Assembly: GCA_017309115.1 (NCBI GenBank)
Contig: JAFLEF010000001.1
Span: 184,616-248,615 of the forward strand
Origin: Verrucomicrobiota bacterium
Lineage (GTDB): Bacteria > Verrucomicrobiota > Verrucomicrobiia > Limisphaerales > UBA9464
Length of the DNA stretch: 64,000 nucleotides
Direction: 5' to 3'
How positions within the stretch are numbered: the first letter of the stretch is position 1; each line of letters starts with the position of its first letter. Under the pieces are notes generated by a model. That model made no database searches. It was not told the DNA's origin and saw only the letters and a program-made list of their open reading frames with translations. The translations under genes and the position numbers were made by a program. Positions 18,080 to 27,988 of the stretch are shown in pieces.

Positions 18080-19191
18080 CGGCCGTTGCGTTGGAGGGGA
18101 GGCGGGATTGTTCCGAGATCCGAACCATCCTGAACCCGCTCCAATTGGGAGCGCAGGCGTTCGGAGATTTCATCCAACAGAAGTCGTTTCTGATGGCTCT
18201 GATCTCGCCGCAGATGGGCCTCCTTTTGGTACAGGGACCGGGCGAAGGAAAGCATCGCCTCGAGCTGATTCTGAAGGCGGTGGAACGTTCCCCGGGCTTC
18301 GGCCAGACCCTTCCGTTCGCTCTCCACCTGTTCGGAAAGTTGGCGGCGTTCCTCCTCGAGTTGAGCAAAGACCGGATTCCCCGCCAAACGAACGGGCCGA
18401 TGCCGGAGATAAAGAGTGGTCAGATAGATTCCGAGAGCCGCCGACAGGAAGATTTCAGCAGTGGCCTGGGCGATGACGATCAGCGCATCGATCCACTTGA
18501 CGCCGTGAACGGTGACTCCCACCGGGCCGTTCCCCTGCACGGTCAGCGTTTGAAGTTGCTCTGCCGTCGACTGAGACAGGGAGGGATAGACCGTGGCGTA
18601 GGCTCCGAGCCAGGCGAGGACTCCCGCGAGTCCGAGAGCCAGACAACTCCAGAAGTACAACAAGCGCAGCCGACGGCCGGGCAACAGGTCCCAACCGATC
18701 TTCACGGCCAACGCCCCAACCGGAAGCAGGGCGGCCCAGAAGTAGGCGCGAATCGGACTCTCCACGAAGGTGACCAATCCGGACTCCAGCAGATTGAAGG
18801 AGACATTGAGCACCCCAAACACCAGTAGCAGGGCGATGCCGAGGGTGGCGGCCACGAACATGATTCGGTCCCAGAGGTTCCAGGGAACTGACGGCTCCAC
18901 GTCCGCCCGGCCCTCCCACTGCACGGGCAACACGGAATCAAGACCGGCCAGCTTCTGATGCGTTCCCGCCAACCGCGACTCCAGATGCGTCAAACGCTCC
19001 TCATGCGTTCGCGCCTGCTGCTGACACTGCTCCCATTCGGCCGCGTGGTGATGAAGGAACAGCGCCCGGTGATAGGACTCGATCTGCTCCAGGCCGATCT
19101 CTTCCGGCAGTCCGGCCTGATTCTGGATGAACTCCAGATGTACGGCAGGATGAATGGGAGTGGGAGCGGGGGGCGGAATCGGTGGTTTCAT
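18076..19191 (-). CDS. membrane protein, four predicted TM helices flanked by coiled-coil-like segments
   Basis: 371 aa. Heptad-like charged N- and C-terminal regions (ERLTHLESRLAGTHQKLAGL; QLEEERRQLSEQVESERKGLAEARGTFHRLQNQLEA) flank four hydrophobic stretches. No family recognised. Confidence 0.6.
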   Translation of the reverse strand: MKPPIPPPAPTPIHPAVHLEFIQNQAGLPEEIGLEQIESYHRALFLHHHAAEWEQCQQQARTHEERLTHLESRLAGTHQKLAGLDSVLPVQWEGRADVEPSVPWNLWDRIMFVAATLGIALLLVFGVLNVSFNLLESGLVTFVESPIRAYFWAALLPVGALAVKIGWDLLPGRRLRLLYFWSCLALGLAGVLAWLGAYATVYPSLSQSTAEQLQTLTVQGNGPVGVTVHGVKWIDALIVIAQATAEIFLSAALGIYLTTLYLRHRPVRLAGNPVFAQLEEERRQLSEQVESERKGLAEARGTFHRLQNQLEAMLSFARSLYQKEAHLRRDQSHQKRLLLDEISERLRSQLERVQDGSDLGTIPPPLQRNGR

Positions 19192-19270
19192 CGCGGTCGC
19201 CGGTAAGGGGAGGTGGTGGCTTCCTCCGGGGAGCGCGTGGCGACGCCCTCCCCGGTAGGAACGACTCGGA

Positions 19271-21331
19271 TTACCACTTCTTCAGGCTGTTCGCGTCGGA
19301 GCCGTTGCTGGCGCCCGGAGCGGAGTCCTTTTGAATGTAGGAATCGCCATTTTTCTGAGGTTTCCCCGAACCTACACTACGGGACTTTTCCCGAAGCTTC
19401 TCCTGCATTTCCTCGAGCTTTTCCATTTCCTCCTCCAAGGAATCCATCTGTTGCTCCAACGCCTTGCGTCGCACCTCCAGCGCCCGGCGCTGCACATTTA
19501 CCCGTTCCAGTTCCTGACCAAACTCGCCGTCGGCCTTGATCTTCGCTTGGGCTCGCTGGGCGCGTTCCACGTCCCGTTGGGCGCGCTGAACCTCAATCTG
19601 GGCGCGGCTCTGAAGGCGGGCTAGGTCATCCTTGCTCAACGCTTCATGGGCGGCGCGCTCGACGTCCACTTTGATTTTCGCGAGCTGCTCCTCGGTGATG
19701 CCACCATAAGAGCGAGACAGGGATTTGACCTGAGCCGAACGGCCCACCAGCTGATTCACTAAACGTTCCAGCCGATCCAGCCGCTGTTCCAGGGACGAGC
19801 CCGGCGGGCCGGCGGGTGGCGGGGCTTCGCCCGCGGCTGGAGGCGCCACAGGTGTCGGCTGGGTCGTGGCGGTGGGCGGAACAGGAGGCGTCGGGGTAAC
19901 CAGTACCGTCTTCACTCGGGGTCCCGAAACCAACTCGTGGCTGGAAGGTAGAGAAGTGGCTCCCTCCACGGTCGTCAGTCCATCCGTGGTCACGACCACC
20001 GTGGGTTCGGTATGAACTACCAAGGGTGCAATATCGGTCACGGTGACATCGTCCACCACCACGTCATTCACGCGAGTTTCCGTAACGAGGGTCGTGGCTG
20101 TCCCGGTCTCCGGATCGGTTTCCAGGCTGATACGAGGAGCGGCTTGAAGCGCCAGCCCGGCAGCCGCGAGGGAGGCCGCCGTCAGTGCGGCCAGACGCAC
20201 GCCCCCCAATCGAGGCGAGGCATTTCGTTTTGAGTCGAGGATCATATGAATCCGTTCCTTCAGTTGTGTTTGATGGTTCCAAGCCGCCGGAGCGGCCGCG
20301 AAGTCGCGACCCGGCATCCGACCGGCAAATTCTGTGAGCAACAGCGCATACGCCTTGGGCGATCCCGAGGCCGCCAGAACGTGATCGTCACACGCCACTT
20401 CCCGCTCCAGCGTCAGCCGACGCGAAATCCATCCCACCGCCGGATGGAAAAACAGGACCGCGCGAATGAACTGCTGAATCAGATTCATCCAATCATCACC
20501 CCGCACGACGTGTCCCAGTTCGTGGCGTAGGATCTGCAGCAACTGATCCCTCGAAACCTGTTCGAACCCCGCAGCCGGCAAGACCACGGTGGGTCGCCCC
20601 AGGCCAATCACCATCGGTGTGGAGACATCAGCAGCCAGCGCCAGACGCGTGGGACGCTTCAGTTCCATCTCTACCGTCGCCCGCTCAAACAGATCCTGCC
20701 ATTGGGCGGGAGCTTGGGTGGCGCAACGCTTCAGGGATCGAAGTCGACACAACTGCCACCCCAACGCCAGCAGCCGAACACCCGCAATCCCCCACCAAAT
20801 CGTCACCAGCGCCACCGGCCACCCAATCGGCAGGGAAAACCGCCAAGGCACCGCCCCTGCCCTGGCGGCGGATGTCGTCGCCGTTGCGGGTTCGCTCAAT
20901 CCTCCGACCAGTTCGTGAACTTCGAAGGACGGATTCTCCTCCGAGGTCGCACCGGACTCCGATTCGAGAAGGGGTTCGAGCGGTTCGCGATCAGAGATTA
21001 GGAGTGGCGAATGAGTCAGTTCCATCGAAGGAACCGCCGGTCCGATGGTGGAAGGTTCCAGGATTTCCATGGGCAACGTCCTCGCTGGGGGTTCCATCGC
21101 CCACGCGAAGGGACTCCCGGATCCGACACCGCGAAGTCCATGCAACACCGGCAGCAGCGCCACCAACAGAAGCGTCACAAACCACACTGCATGGCGAGTG
21201 GCCGCATTGGCTCCGGGCGTCCAGCGGAGGGCGAGCGCCACCGCCAAGGTCAGCAGGAGTCCCTGGTACCCGCCGTTGAACAGGGAGCTAAGGACCTGCT
21301 GGGCCCACGGATCGAGCGTTTCCAGATTCAT
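19271..21331 (-). CDS. BlaR1/MecR1-like M56 peptidase-domain signal transducer with long coiled-coil C-terminus
   Basis: N-terminal TM helices, an HELGHVVRGD zinc motif, then a Pro/Thr-rich linker and charged coiled-coil repeats. Overlaps the blaI-like gene by 4 nt. Confidence 0.85.
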   Translation of the reverse strand: MNLETLDPWAQQVLSSLFNGGYQGLLLTLAVALALRWTPGANAATRHAVWFVTLLLVALLPVLHGLRGVGSGSPFAWAMEPPARTLPMEILEPSTIGPAVPSMELTHSPLLISDREPLEPLLESESGATSEENPSFEVHELVGGLSEPATATTSAARAGAVPWRFSLPIGWPVALVTIWWGIAGVRLLALGWQLCRLRSLKRCATQAPAQWQDLFERATVEMELKRPTRLALAADVSTPMVIGLGRPTVVLPAAGFEQVSRDQLLQILRHELGHVVRGDDWMNLIQQFIRAVLFFHPAVGWISRRLTLEREVACDDHVLAASGSPKAYALLLTEFAGRMPGRDFAAAPAAWNHQTQLKERIHMILDSKRNASPRLGGVRLAALTAASLAAAGLALQAAPRISLETDPETGTATTLVTETRVNDVVVDDVTVTDIAPLVVHTEPTVVVTTDGLTTVEGATSLPSSHELVSGPRVKTVLVTPTPPVPPTATTQPTPVAPPAAGEAPPPAGPPGSSLEQRLDRLERLVNQLVGRSAQVKSLSRSYGGITEEQLAKIKVDVERAAHEALSKDDLARLQSRAQIEVQRAQRDVERAQRAQAKIKADGEFGQELERVNVQRRALEVRRKALEQQMDSLEEEMEKLEEMQEKLREKSRSVGSGKPQKNGDSYIQKDSAPGASNGSDANSLKKW

Positions 21332-21717
21332 TTTTTGGGTTCCTCGGATTCGAGGATCTTCCGTTTCAGTTCATCGAGGTCCGCCGGACTGAGTTGTTCG
21401 TCCCGCAGGAAACTCAGAACCAGTTCTCCGGGAGATCCGGAGAAGAACTTGGTCAGCAGCAGGCGAACCGCCTTCCGCGCCGCCACATCCCGCTCGACCT
21501 TCGGTGCAAAAATGTGCGCCTTGCCATTCTTCCGACACGAGAGATAGCCCTTGTCCCGCAGAATCCCCATCAACGTCAGGATGGTTGTGTACGCCGAACC
21601 ATCCTTTCCCGACAAAGCTTCGGCGACTTCAGCAACAGTGGCGGAACGCTTCTCCCACATCACTTCCATGATGCGGAGTTCAGCGTCGGTCAGGGAGCGG
21701 GATTTCTTGCGGGCCAT
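21328..21717 (-). CDS. BlaI/MecI/CopY-family transcriptional repressor
   Basis: 129 aa. LTDAELRIMEVMWEKRSATVAEVAEAL...YTTILTLMGILRDKGYL is a winged-helix penicillinase-repressor pattern. Located upstream of the BlaR1-like gene. Confidence 0.9.
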   Translation of the reverse strand: MARKKSRSLTDAELRIMEVMWEKRSATVAEVAEALSGKDGSAYTTILTLMGILRDKGYLSCRKNGKAHIFAPKVERDVAARKAVRLLLTKFFSGSPGELVLSFLRDEQLSPADLDELKRKILESEEPKK

Positions 21718-21746
21718 GCGAGCGGTGTTCCTGGTTTGTTCGTTCC

Positions 21747-21760
21747 ACTAACGAATTAGT
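21747..21760. promoter_or_regulatory. candidate BlaI-family operator palindrome 1
   Basis: ACTAAcgaaTTAGT, a perfect 5-bp inverted repeat 30 nt upstream of the blaI-like ATG (21717, minus strand). Confidence 0.35.
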
Positions 21761-21794
21761 AATTGAGGACTAGAGCCACCCTCCGCTTCGGTCA

Positions 21795-21808
21795 ACTAAA
21801 AGTTTAGT
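21795..21808. promoter_or_regulatory. candidate BlaI-family operator palindrome 2
   Basis: ACTAAAagTTTAGT, a 6-bp inverted repeat sharing the ACTAA/TTAGT half-sites of palindrome 1, 48 bp away in the same AT-richer upstream region. Confidence 0.35.
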
Positions 21809-21922
21809 AGGTGCACCTCAAATTTTCGCTGCAGATCGGAACCTCTGAAGCTGCCGGATACGCTAAATGCGTCTTTGTGGACCGCGAAACGTGGAAATCC
21901 TTCCAACCCTAGCCCAGAAATT

Positions 21923-22642
21923 TCACAGGCCCCCATCCCCTGACTCATCCAGAGGGGGCCCTTGCAATTCCGCTGGCCTTCCCCGGCGACGCTCCTGAAG
22001 CGCGCGCAATACCCCCGGTAAGTCGCGCTCCAAGGGTGATTCTTCCAGAAAGCGGGCCGCTTCGCCGAGCGCCCCCCGCGACCTCAGCCCCGCATACACG
22101 TGCAGTTCGAACTGCGTTCGCAGGGTATTGGCGGGTCCCGAAAGACCCAGGAGTTCCAGCAGACGAATCAAGGTCTCGACCGTCGAGTAACGGTCGCTGT
22201 TGTGTTGGCTGCGCAATTCGAACCGGCTGGGAGTTCCCGGCGGCAGACGGATCAGGCGTCCCCAGGACTCCACGGAACGCCGCATGCGCGACGCTTCCCG
22301 CCAATTGCCATCCAGGAGCAGTAACTGCAGTGATTCTGCGGTGGCGCCCGCCGGTGGCAACTCCCCGCCGGGATGTAGAATCCACAAGGTCCGGCCCGGC
22401 TGGATCACCCGCTCCCGTTCCAGCGGCAAATCCGAACTGAACACATGTCGCCGCGACGCCGGCAACACTCGCGAGATCAGCCGACTCGTACTTGTGGGCC
22501 GAAAGTCCTCGCGCCGATGAACCAGCAGGTCGACCTGCACGGGACATTCCAGGGTCCGAAGACCGGCACAGGTGCACCAGCGGTGCGCGAACTGACAGAC
22601 TTCGCACCGTTCCGTTCCCCGAGTGACCACGCTTCGGCCCAT
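21923..22642 (-). CDS. DTW-domain protein (tRNA aminocarboxypropyltransferase TapT/YfiP-like)
   Basis: N-terminal Cys cluster CEVCQ...WCTC and a DGNW motif (DTW family: DGTW), followed by ...REASRM. Start chosen at M37 of the track ORF (22642); 22750 is the alternative. Confidence 0.65.
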   Translation of the reverse strand: MGRSVVTRGTERCEVCQFAHRWCTCAGLRTLECPVQVDLLVHRREDFRPTSTSRLISRVLPASRRHVFSSDLPLERERVIQPGRTLWILHPGGELPPAGATAESLQLLLLDGNWREASRMRRSVESWGRLIRLPPGTPSRFELRSQHNSDRYSTVETLIRLLELLGLSGPANTLRTQFELHVYAGLRSRGALGEAARFLEESPLERDLPGVLRALQERRRGRPAELQGPPLDESGDGGL

Positions 22643-22757
22643 GAATCGCCGCAGGAAGCGGGAAAGTCCGCGGCGGGTCAATGCGTTCGCACTCGAAGCT
22701 GCAGCCTCCGCTCGCCTCGGATCGCCCTTCAAACCAAGCTCACACCGCACGCGTGAC

Positions 22758-22791
22758 GGTGACCGGACGTCGGGTTGGACGTCCGGTCACC
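22758..22791. other. perfect 14-bp stem / 6-nt loop hairpin
   Basis: ggtgaccggacgtc gggttg gacgtccggtcacc, read directly. Lies in the intergenic region upstream of the DTW gene. No adjacent U-run, so it is not called a terminator. Confidence 0.5.
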
Positions 22792-23126
22792 GCGGCCCTC
22801 GGGTGCGGAGCCCACGGCTAGCTGCAGTTCTATCCGCGAACGCCTCCACCTCCCAATCCTTCGGCATCGGGCCCCCACTCGTCAGCGCACCGGTAAGGGT
22901 TCCGACGCTTCAAGATGAGCTCGCTGGGTTGGAGCGGCATTTCGAGAGAGCCAAGGCCCGGGAATGTCCCCCCGAAACCGGGCCTCTACTCTTACAAGCG
23001 CTTTTTCGGGTCAAAATCCGCCACACTTTTTCAAAAATCTTTACCGGCGCGCGCCCCCGGCGCCTCCACACTTCAACAGTCCTCCTCGAAAACAATCAGC
23101 CCTCGCCCGAGCGTGAAATATCCGGG

Positions 23127-23942
23127 CTAGAGATCCCCCAGAACCCTTCGCCGGAGCAGTCGTTGGTCCACCGGCACGAGGATCAGAAGGGTCAGCAGAT
23201 TCAGTCCCGCCGCCGCCGCGAGGTGCCACGTCCAACGTCCGTGCAGCAACAGCCAACGCAGGCCCTCGGCGAGTTGGTGCAGCGGATTCAGTTGCACCAG
23301 CGCTTCGACCCAAGGTGTCTCCGGCAGAGGAAAGTACGTACTGCTGGTGAATCCGATCGGCATGATGACCAGGAAGAATGGCAGCCCAATGTGATCGATG
23401 GACGGCAGGATCGCGGTGAACAGCAGGCCGATGGCGGAAAACGACAACGCGGCCAGGAACAAGAGCGGAATCGCTGTCGGCAACCATCTCCAGTGCAGAT
23501 CAAGCATTCCCGCCAGTCCAAATGCCCCCAGCAACCAGCACACGATAACCGCATAGAACGTCGCCAACGACGAGGCCCACAAGGCTTCGCCCCAGATGAC
23601 ATGCTCCAGTCGAACCTGGGTGGTCAGCTGACCTTCCCAGGACTTCTGATAGCGCATGCGCATAAACGCCGAGAACAGTGACTGGAAGAAGGACGTCATG
23701 AACGCCGTGTACGCCAGAATGCCTGGTGCCAGATACGTCAGGTAGTCCACGGGCGCCCCACCCCACTTCAGATCGCTAATCTGCCGGCCCAGTCCCACGC
23801 CGAACGCCAGCAGCAGCACCAGCGGTTCACACACCGGCGGCAACATGGCCGTGTGCCAGTTGCGCACATGCACCCGGACATGCCGGGCCAACACCGCCCG
23901 GCTCTGCCACTCCCAAGCGGGAACAAATACATTTGTTCTCAT
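23127..23942 (-). CDS. ABC-2 type exporter permease
   Basis: 271 aa with ~6 hydrophobic segments. Overlaps the upstream ATPase gene by 4 nt. NodJ/DrrB-like size and topology. Confidence 0.75.
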   Translation of the reverse strand: MRTNVFVPAWEWQSRAVLARHVRVHVRNWHTAMLPPVCEPLVLLLAFGVGLGRQISDLKWGGAPVDYLTYLAPGILAYTAFMTSFFQSLFSAFMRMRYQKSWEGQLTTQVRLEHVIWGEALWASSLATFYAVIVCWLLGAFGLAGMLDLHWRWLPTAIPLLFLAALSFSAIGLLFTAILPSIDHIGLPFFLVIMPIGFTSSTYFPLPETPWVEALVQLNPLHQLAEGLRWLLLHGRWTWHLAAAAGLNLLTLLILVPVDQRLLRRRVLGDL

Positions 23943-24871
23943 TGGGCCTCCTCCCGCGACAGGGCCAGGAACAGATCGTCCAACGTCGGTGGCCGAACCT
24001 CGTACCGCAGTTCAGCAAACTCCGCGACGAACGCCGCCAGACCCGCCGCATCCAGTGCGAAATGCCAGTCTGCCAACACCGTGGAAGGCCGAACTCCACG
24101 CGCCTTCAACCACGCCTTCACACCTTCCGTTCCGGGTAAATCGAAGGGCATCACCACCACATGCTCACCCACCACATCGCCGAGCAGCGCCCGAGTTGTG
24201 CCCGTGGCGCGAACCTTACCGGATTGCAGGACCACCAAGCGATCCGACAACCGTTCCGCCTCATCCATGTAGTGCGTGGTCAAAACCACTGCTAGCCCGG
24301 AGGCTCGCAACTGGGACACCAATTCCCACACGGCCACCCGCGCCTGTGGATCCAAACCCGTGGTGGGTTCATCGAGAAATACCACCTGCGGTTGGTGCAC
24401 CACGGCCCGAGCAATCATTAACCGACGGCGATAGCCGCCCGACAACGTGTCGGGTTTGTGGCCGGCAAACTCACGCAGGCCAAACTGGTCGAGCAACGCT
24501 TCGACACGGGCGTCGAGGTTGGCGATGCGGGGACGAAAGTAGCGCGCGGTCTGCCGCAGATTTCCCTCCACGGTGAAATCACCGTCGTAGGTGTCGTCCT
24601 GTGTGCACACGCCCAACACCCGCCGGGCCGCATCACCCGCTGTCGCCAGATCATGACCGGCGATGCGAATACTGCCCGCATCCGGCCGCAGAAATCCGTA
24701 ACACATGCGCAGCGACGTCGTCTTGCCCGCGCCGTTGGGTCCGAGCAATCCAATGACTTCGCCGGCGTGGCAGGACAGGTCCACCCCGTCCACCACGCGG
24801 CGTCCGCCCAAGCTCTTGACCAGACCGCGCACGTCCAGCAGCAGGGAGGAAGATCTGAAATCGGCACTCAC
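23939..24871 (-). CDS. ABC transporter ATP-binding protein (NodI/DrrA-like)
   Basis: Walker A GPNGAGKTT, signature LSGGYRRRL, Walker B VVFLDEPTTGLD, H-loop TTHYMDE. Confidence 0.9.
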   Translation of the reverse strand: MSADFRSSSLLLDVRGLVKSLGGRRVVDGVDLSCHAGEVIGLLGPNGAGKTTSLRMCYGFLRPDAGSIRIAGHDLATAGDAARRVLGVCTQDDTYDGDFTVEGNLRQTARYFRPRIANLDARVEALLDQFGLREFAGHKPDTLSGGYRRRLMIARAVVHQPQVVFLDEPTTGLDPQARVAVWELVSQLRASGLAVVLTTHYMDEAERLSDRLVVLQSGKVRATGTTRALLGDVVGEHVVVMPFDLPGTEGVKAWLKARGVRPSTVLADWHFALDAAGLAAFVAEFAELRYEVRPPTLDDLFLALSREEAQ

Positions 24872-24980
24872 GTCGAATCAGGGTAGGTAAAACATCCGGG
24901 CCCAACGAGCGGGATTGTTTGGAACGCGCCGGAACTTCCGATCCATTGCGCCCAGATTCCGCTCTCTCCCCGCGCACTGG

Positions 24981-25280
24981 TCACCCACCCGCCATCGCTC
25001 CCACCACCAGGAACGGCTCGGCCCCTTGACGAACCACGTCGGGCAAGACCGAGTCGACCGGCTCCAATGACAAATCCTCCTTGCAGGCGAAGTACCGAAC
25101 AAAGGGTCGGCGCCGCAACGTGCCATGCTCGCGGATCGTCCCTCGCAACACCGGAAACTGCGCCTCCAAAGCGTCAAGCACCCCGCCAATCGTGCCGGGA
25201 TCCGGGACCTCCAACAGCACCTCCTCATTCACCCGCGCCAACGTCCGCAGGTGAAACGGGAGGACGACTCGGATCCGCAT
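24981..25280 (-). CDS. MoaD/ThiS-like ubiquitin-fold protein with C-terminal Gly-Gly
   Basis: 99 aa ending ...VVGAMAGG. The N-terminus [15 protein letters not shown] fits the beta-grasp sulfur-carrier pattern. Confidence 0.65.
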   Translation of the reverse strand: MRIRVVLPFHLRTLARVNEEVLLEVPDPGTIGGVLDALEAQFPVLRGTIREHGTLRRRPFVRYFACKEDLSLEPVDSVLPDVVRQGAEPFLVVGAMAGG

Positions 25281-25288
25281 CGGACAGG

Positions 25289-26458
25289 TCAGGACTTCAG
25301 GGTTTGCACTTCCACCGACAACACCGCCGGCAGATCCCGCACGATGGCGTTCCAGGTGTCACCACCATCCGCCGAGCAATACACCTGACCGCCGGTCGTT
25401 CCGAAATAGACGCCGCACGGATCCATCGAATCCACGGCCATTGCGTCCCGCAGCACATTGACATAGCAGTCCTGCTGCGGCAGTCCCCGGGTGAGGGGTT
25501 CCCATTCCTGACCACCCATCCGACTGCGATACACGCGCAGCTTGCCGTCCGGCGGATAGTGCTCGGAATCACTCTTAATCGGCACCACGTAGATGGTCTC
25601 GGGTTCGTGCGCATGAACCTCAATCGGAAAGCCGAAGTCGCTGGGAAGGTTGCCGCTGACTTCGCTCCAGAGGTCTCCGGAATTGTCACTGCGCATGATG
25701 TCCCAATGCTTCTGCATGAAGAGTACGCCCGGCCGTTGGGGACTCATGGCGATGTGATGAACGCAGTGGCCGACATCGGTATCGGGGTCCGGCAACTCGT
25801 AGAGGGACTTCAGCCCCTTGTTGATGGGTCGCCAGGTGTTACCGCCGTCATCGGTTCGAAACGCGCCGGCGGCGGAAATGGCGACATAAATGCGCTTCGG
25901 ATCGGTGGGATCCAGAATGATCGTGTGCAGCCCCATTCCACCGGCGCCCGGCTGCCAGAGATGGCTCTTCACGGATCGCAGGCCGGGAAGTTCCTTCCAC
26001 GACCGACCGGCATCGGTTGACTTGAACAAGGCCGCATCCTCGGCGCCGGCGAAGACCGTGTCCGGATCGGTCAGCGACGGCTCCACGTGCCAGATCCGCT
26101 TGAATTCCCACGGATGCTGGGTGCCGTCGTACCACAGATGCGTGCCCACTTCGCCTTCGTAGGCAAACTTGTTCCCTTCGCCCTTGGGCATGCCGTCCGG
26201 CCCGACGAGATCTTCCGGTCGAGAACCGGTAGGACTCCAGGTCAGCCCGCCATCATCGGAACGCTGAATGATCTGGCCAAACCAGCCGCTCGACTGCGAC
26301 GCGAAGATGCGGTTGGGATCCACCGGCGAACCTTTGAGATGATAAATCTCCCAGCCCGCGAAGTGAGGTCCGCTGACCTTCCAGGATTGGCGTTGACCGT
26401 CCGCCGTGAGAACAAAGGCACCTTTCTTGGTGCCGACGAGAACTCGGATACTGCTCAT
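25289..26458 (-). CDS. Asp-box (BNR) beta-propeller protein, glycoside-hydrolase/sialidase-like fold
   Basis: Four Asp-boxes: [32 protein letters not shown]. Start trimmed to [15 protein letters not shown] (ATG 26458); the track ORF extends to 26725. Confidence 0.7.
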   Translation of the reverse strand: MSSIRVLVGTKKGAFVLTADGQRQSWKVSGPHFAGWEIYHLKGSPVDPNRIFASQSSGWFGQIIQRSDDGGLTWSPTGSRPEDLVGPDGMPKGEGNKFAYEGEVGTHLWYDGTQHPWEFKRIWHVEPSLTDPDTVFAGAEDAALFKSTDAGRSWKELPGLRSVKSHLWQPGAGGMGLHTIILDPTDPKRIYVAISAAGAFRTDDGGNTWRPINKGLKSLYELPDPDTDVGHCVHHIAMSPQRPGVLFMQKHWDIMRSDNSGDLWSEVSGNLPSDFGFPIEVHAHEPETIYVVPIKSDSEHYPPDGKLRVYRSRMGGQEWEPLTRGLPQQDCYVNVLRDAMAVDSMDPCGVYFGTTGGQVYCSADGGDTWNAIVRDLPAVLSVEVQTLKS

Positions 26459-26726
26459 ACTTTGAGAAGGTTCGTCGCAACAACTGCTCCCCCTGGCGCA
26501 TCCTGCCCCAGACGGGCGCGGAGTCTCGGCGGAGACATTGAATCGTAATGAACCGACGAACACAGACCAGAGTGGAGGACAATTTCCGCCTGATTTTTTC
26601 GACCAAAGTCCCGACCCGACCGTGCGATTAGCACGATTGAATCGGCGTCTTTCGGAAGCGACATCATCAGGACACCCAGAGTAGGGAGGAGGTTCCCGCG
26701 ACGACCGGCCTTGCCTCCCAACCAAA

Positions 26727-27077
26727 TCAGTTCGGCAACGTCACCAAGATTGGAATCACCGGAGTATTGGCGGTTCCGGGCGTGTAGAAGGGTTGCATAC
26801 TGGCGCCCCGGTACCGTCGGAAGTCATCCGCCGTGAGCACGAACTCCCAGTTTGGCCGGGTCTTGGGATCCGGGTTCACAAAGACCACCAAGGCCTTCTT
26901 GGCGTCGGGCGAGAAGCGCAAGTCTTGCACCGTGTAGCCGTAGTCTTTGACTGGAACGCTCTGTTCCAACTGGTTCCGGAATTGCTCGTCCCGAAGCGTC
27001 GTTGAGGAAGTCGAGGCGCAACCGCTCAGAATCGCGTGAACCGCGAGGAGCAGAGCTGCCGAGGTAAGTTGTTTCAT
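26727..27077 (-). CDS. small lipoprotein, unknown function
   Basis: [20 protein letters not shown], with lipobox LSGC. Start trimmed from 27128 to 27077. Confidence 0.5.
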   Translation of the reverse strand: MKQLTSAALLLAVHAILSGCASTSSTTLRDEQFRNQLEQSVPVKDYGYTVQDLRFSPDAKKALVVFVNPDPKTRPNWEFVLTADDFRRYRGASMQPFYTPGTANTPVIPILVTLPN

Positions 27078-27296
27078 GGAGTTGAGAAACCGGGGGCGAT
27101 CCAAACGAGGATCACCACTCCCCGCCACTCTTTACCGCACTTCTCAGGACACTCAAGGCGGAGTCCATCCCGTGCTTCCCATGACCAAACTACCCGGTCC
27201 GATGATCTGTTCTTCGGATTCGTCTTGGCGAACACGCGACGTCGCCGTCCGGGAACCCTTCAAAATTTACCCAGCCACTCTTAACCACCCTGCCTT

Positions 27297-27959
27297 CTAC
27301 TTCCTTCGCAGCCGATATAGACGCGCCGATTCCAGCACTGGGAGCACCGCTGGCGAGCTAACCTCTCCCGGAGTGTCCCGCCAGACACCCGACTCCAGAG
27401 AAGACGACTGTTGGAGAACATACGTACCCTCGGCGGCCAACCACGAAATCCGCACCTGCCCACCCGCCAGCGCTTCGATTGCCAACAGAGGAACGCCCGA
27501 GGCCGCGCCGGCTCCCGCGAGAAACCCGCCCGTGACCGTGTAGCCACCACCCGAAGCTGGGGCGCCGGCATCGGGTTGCCCCACCGTTCCCCATAAGGCA
27601 TAGCCCCCGCCCACACTGACCCCACCGCCGTTGTCGATGCTGAACCAGGGAATCGCAAACTCCTGCGCCTGGACAGCTCCCCATATCAGCAAACCGACCA
27701 TGGCGCCTGGCCCAAGCGACCGAAGGCAGCCGGCGTTTAGCCCGGATATCTCACGCTCTTTCTGCGGCGGCTGGTTGCCCGCCCGGCTGATGGCGTTGGC
27801 CTCGCGTTCCTCGCCGGACACCATGTCCCCAGACAGCCCGGCTCGGTATCGCTTCGACTGCCTGGCCAGCCGGGCATTCGCTGCGCCTCGCGACGAAAGC
27901 TTGTGAACAATCCAGGCTAGGACCCGCTCCGTCCCTTTCATGTATGGCCCGTGTTTCAT
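27297..27959 (-). CDS. hypothetical secreted Gly-rich protein with FYRL-type C-terminal tail
   Basis: The C-terminal half is convincing: FAIPWFSIDNGGGVSVGGGYALWGTVGQPDAG...YVLQQSSSLESGVW...ARLYRLRRK. The start is uncertain (27959, or M at 27701). Lies 30 nt downstream of the tail-fibre-like gene. Confidence 0.5.
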   Translation of the reverse strand: MKHGPYMKGTERVLAWIVHKLSSRGAANARLARQSKRYRAGLSGDMVSGEEREANAISRAGNQPPQKEREISGLNAGCLRSLGPGAMVGLLIWGAVQAQEFAIPWFSIDNGGGVSVGGGYALWGTVGQPDAGAPASGGGYTVTGGFLAGAGAASGVPLLAIEALAGGQVRISWLAAEGTYVLQQSSSLESGVWRDTPGEVSSPAVLPVLESARLYRLRRK

Positions 27960-27988
27960 GGAGTTTGGAGGATGCTAATGGACCAACG

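Noticed and set aside
19192-19270. Stem ccggggag/ctccccgg downstream of the BlaR1-like gene as a terminator
   Set aside because: The stem is only 8 bp with a 14-nt loop, and no U-tract follows on the transcribed strand. The evidence is insufficient for a terminator call.
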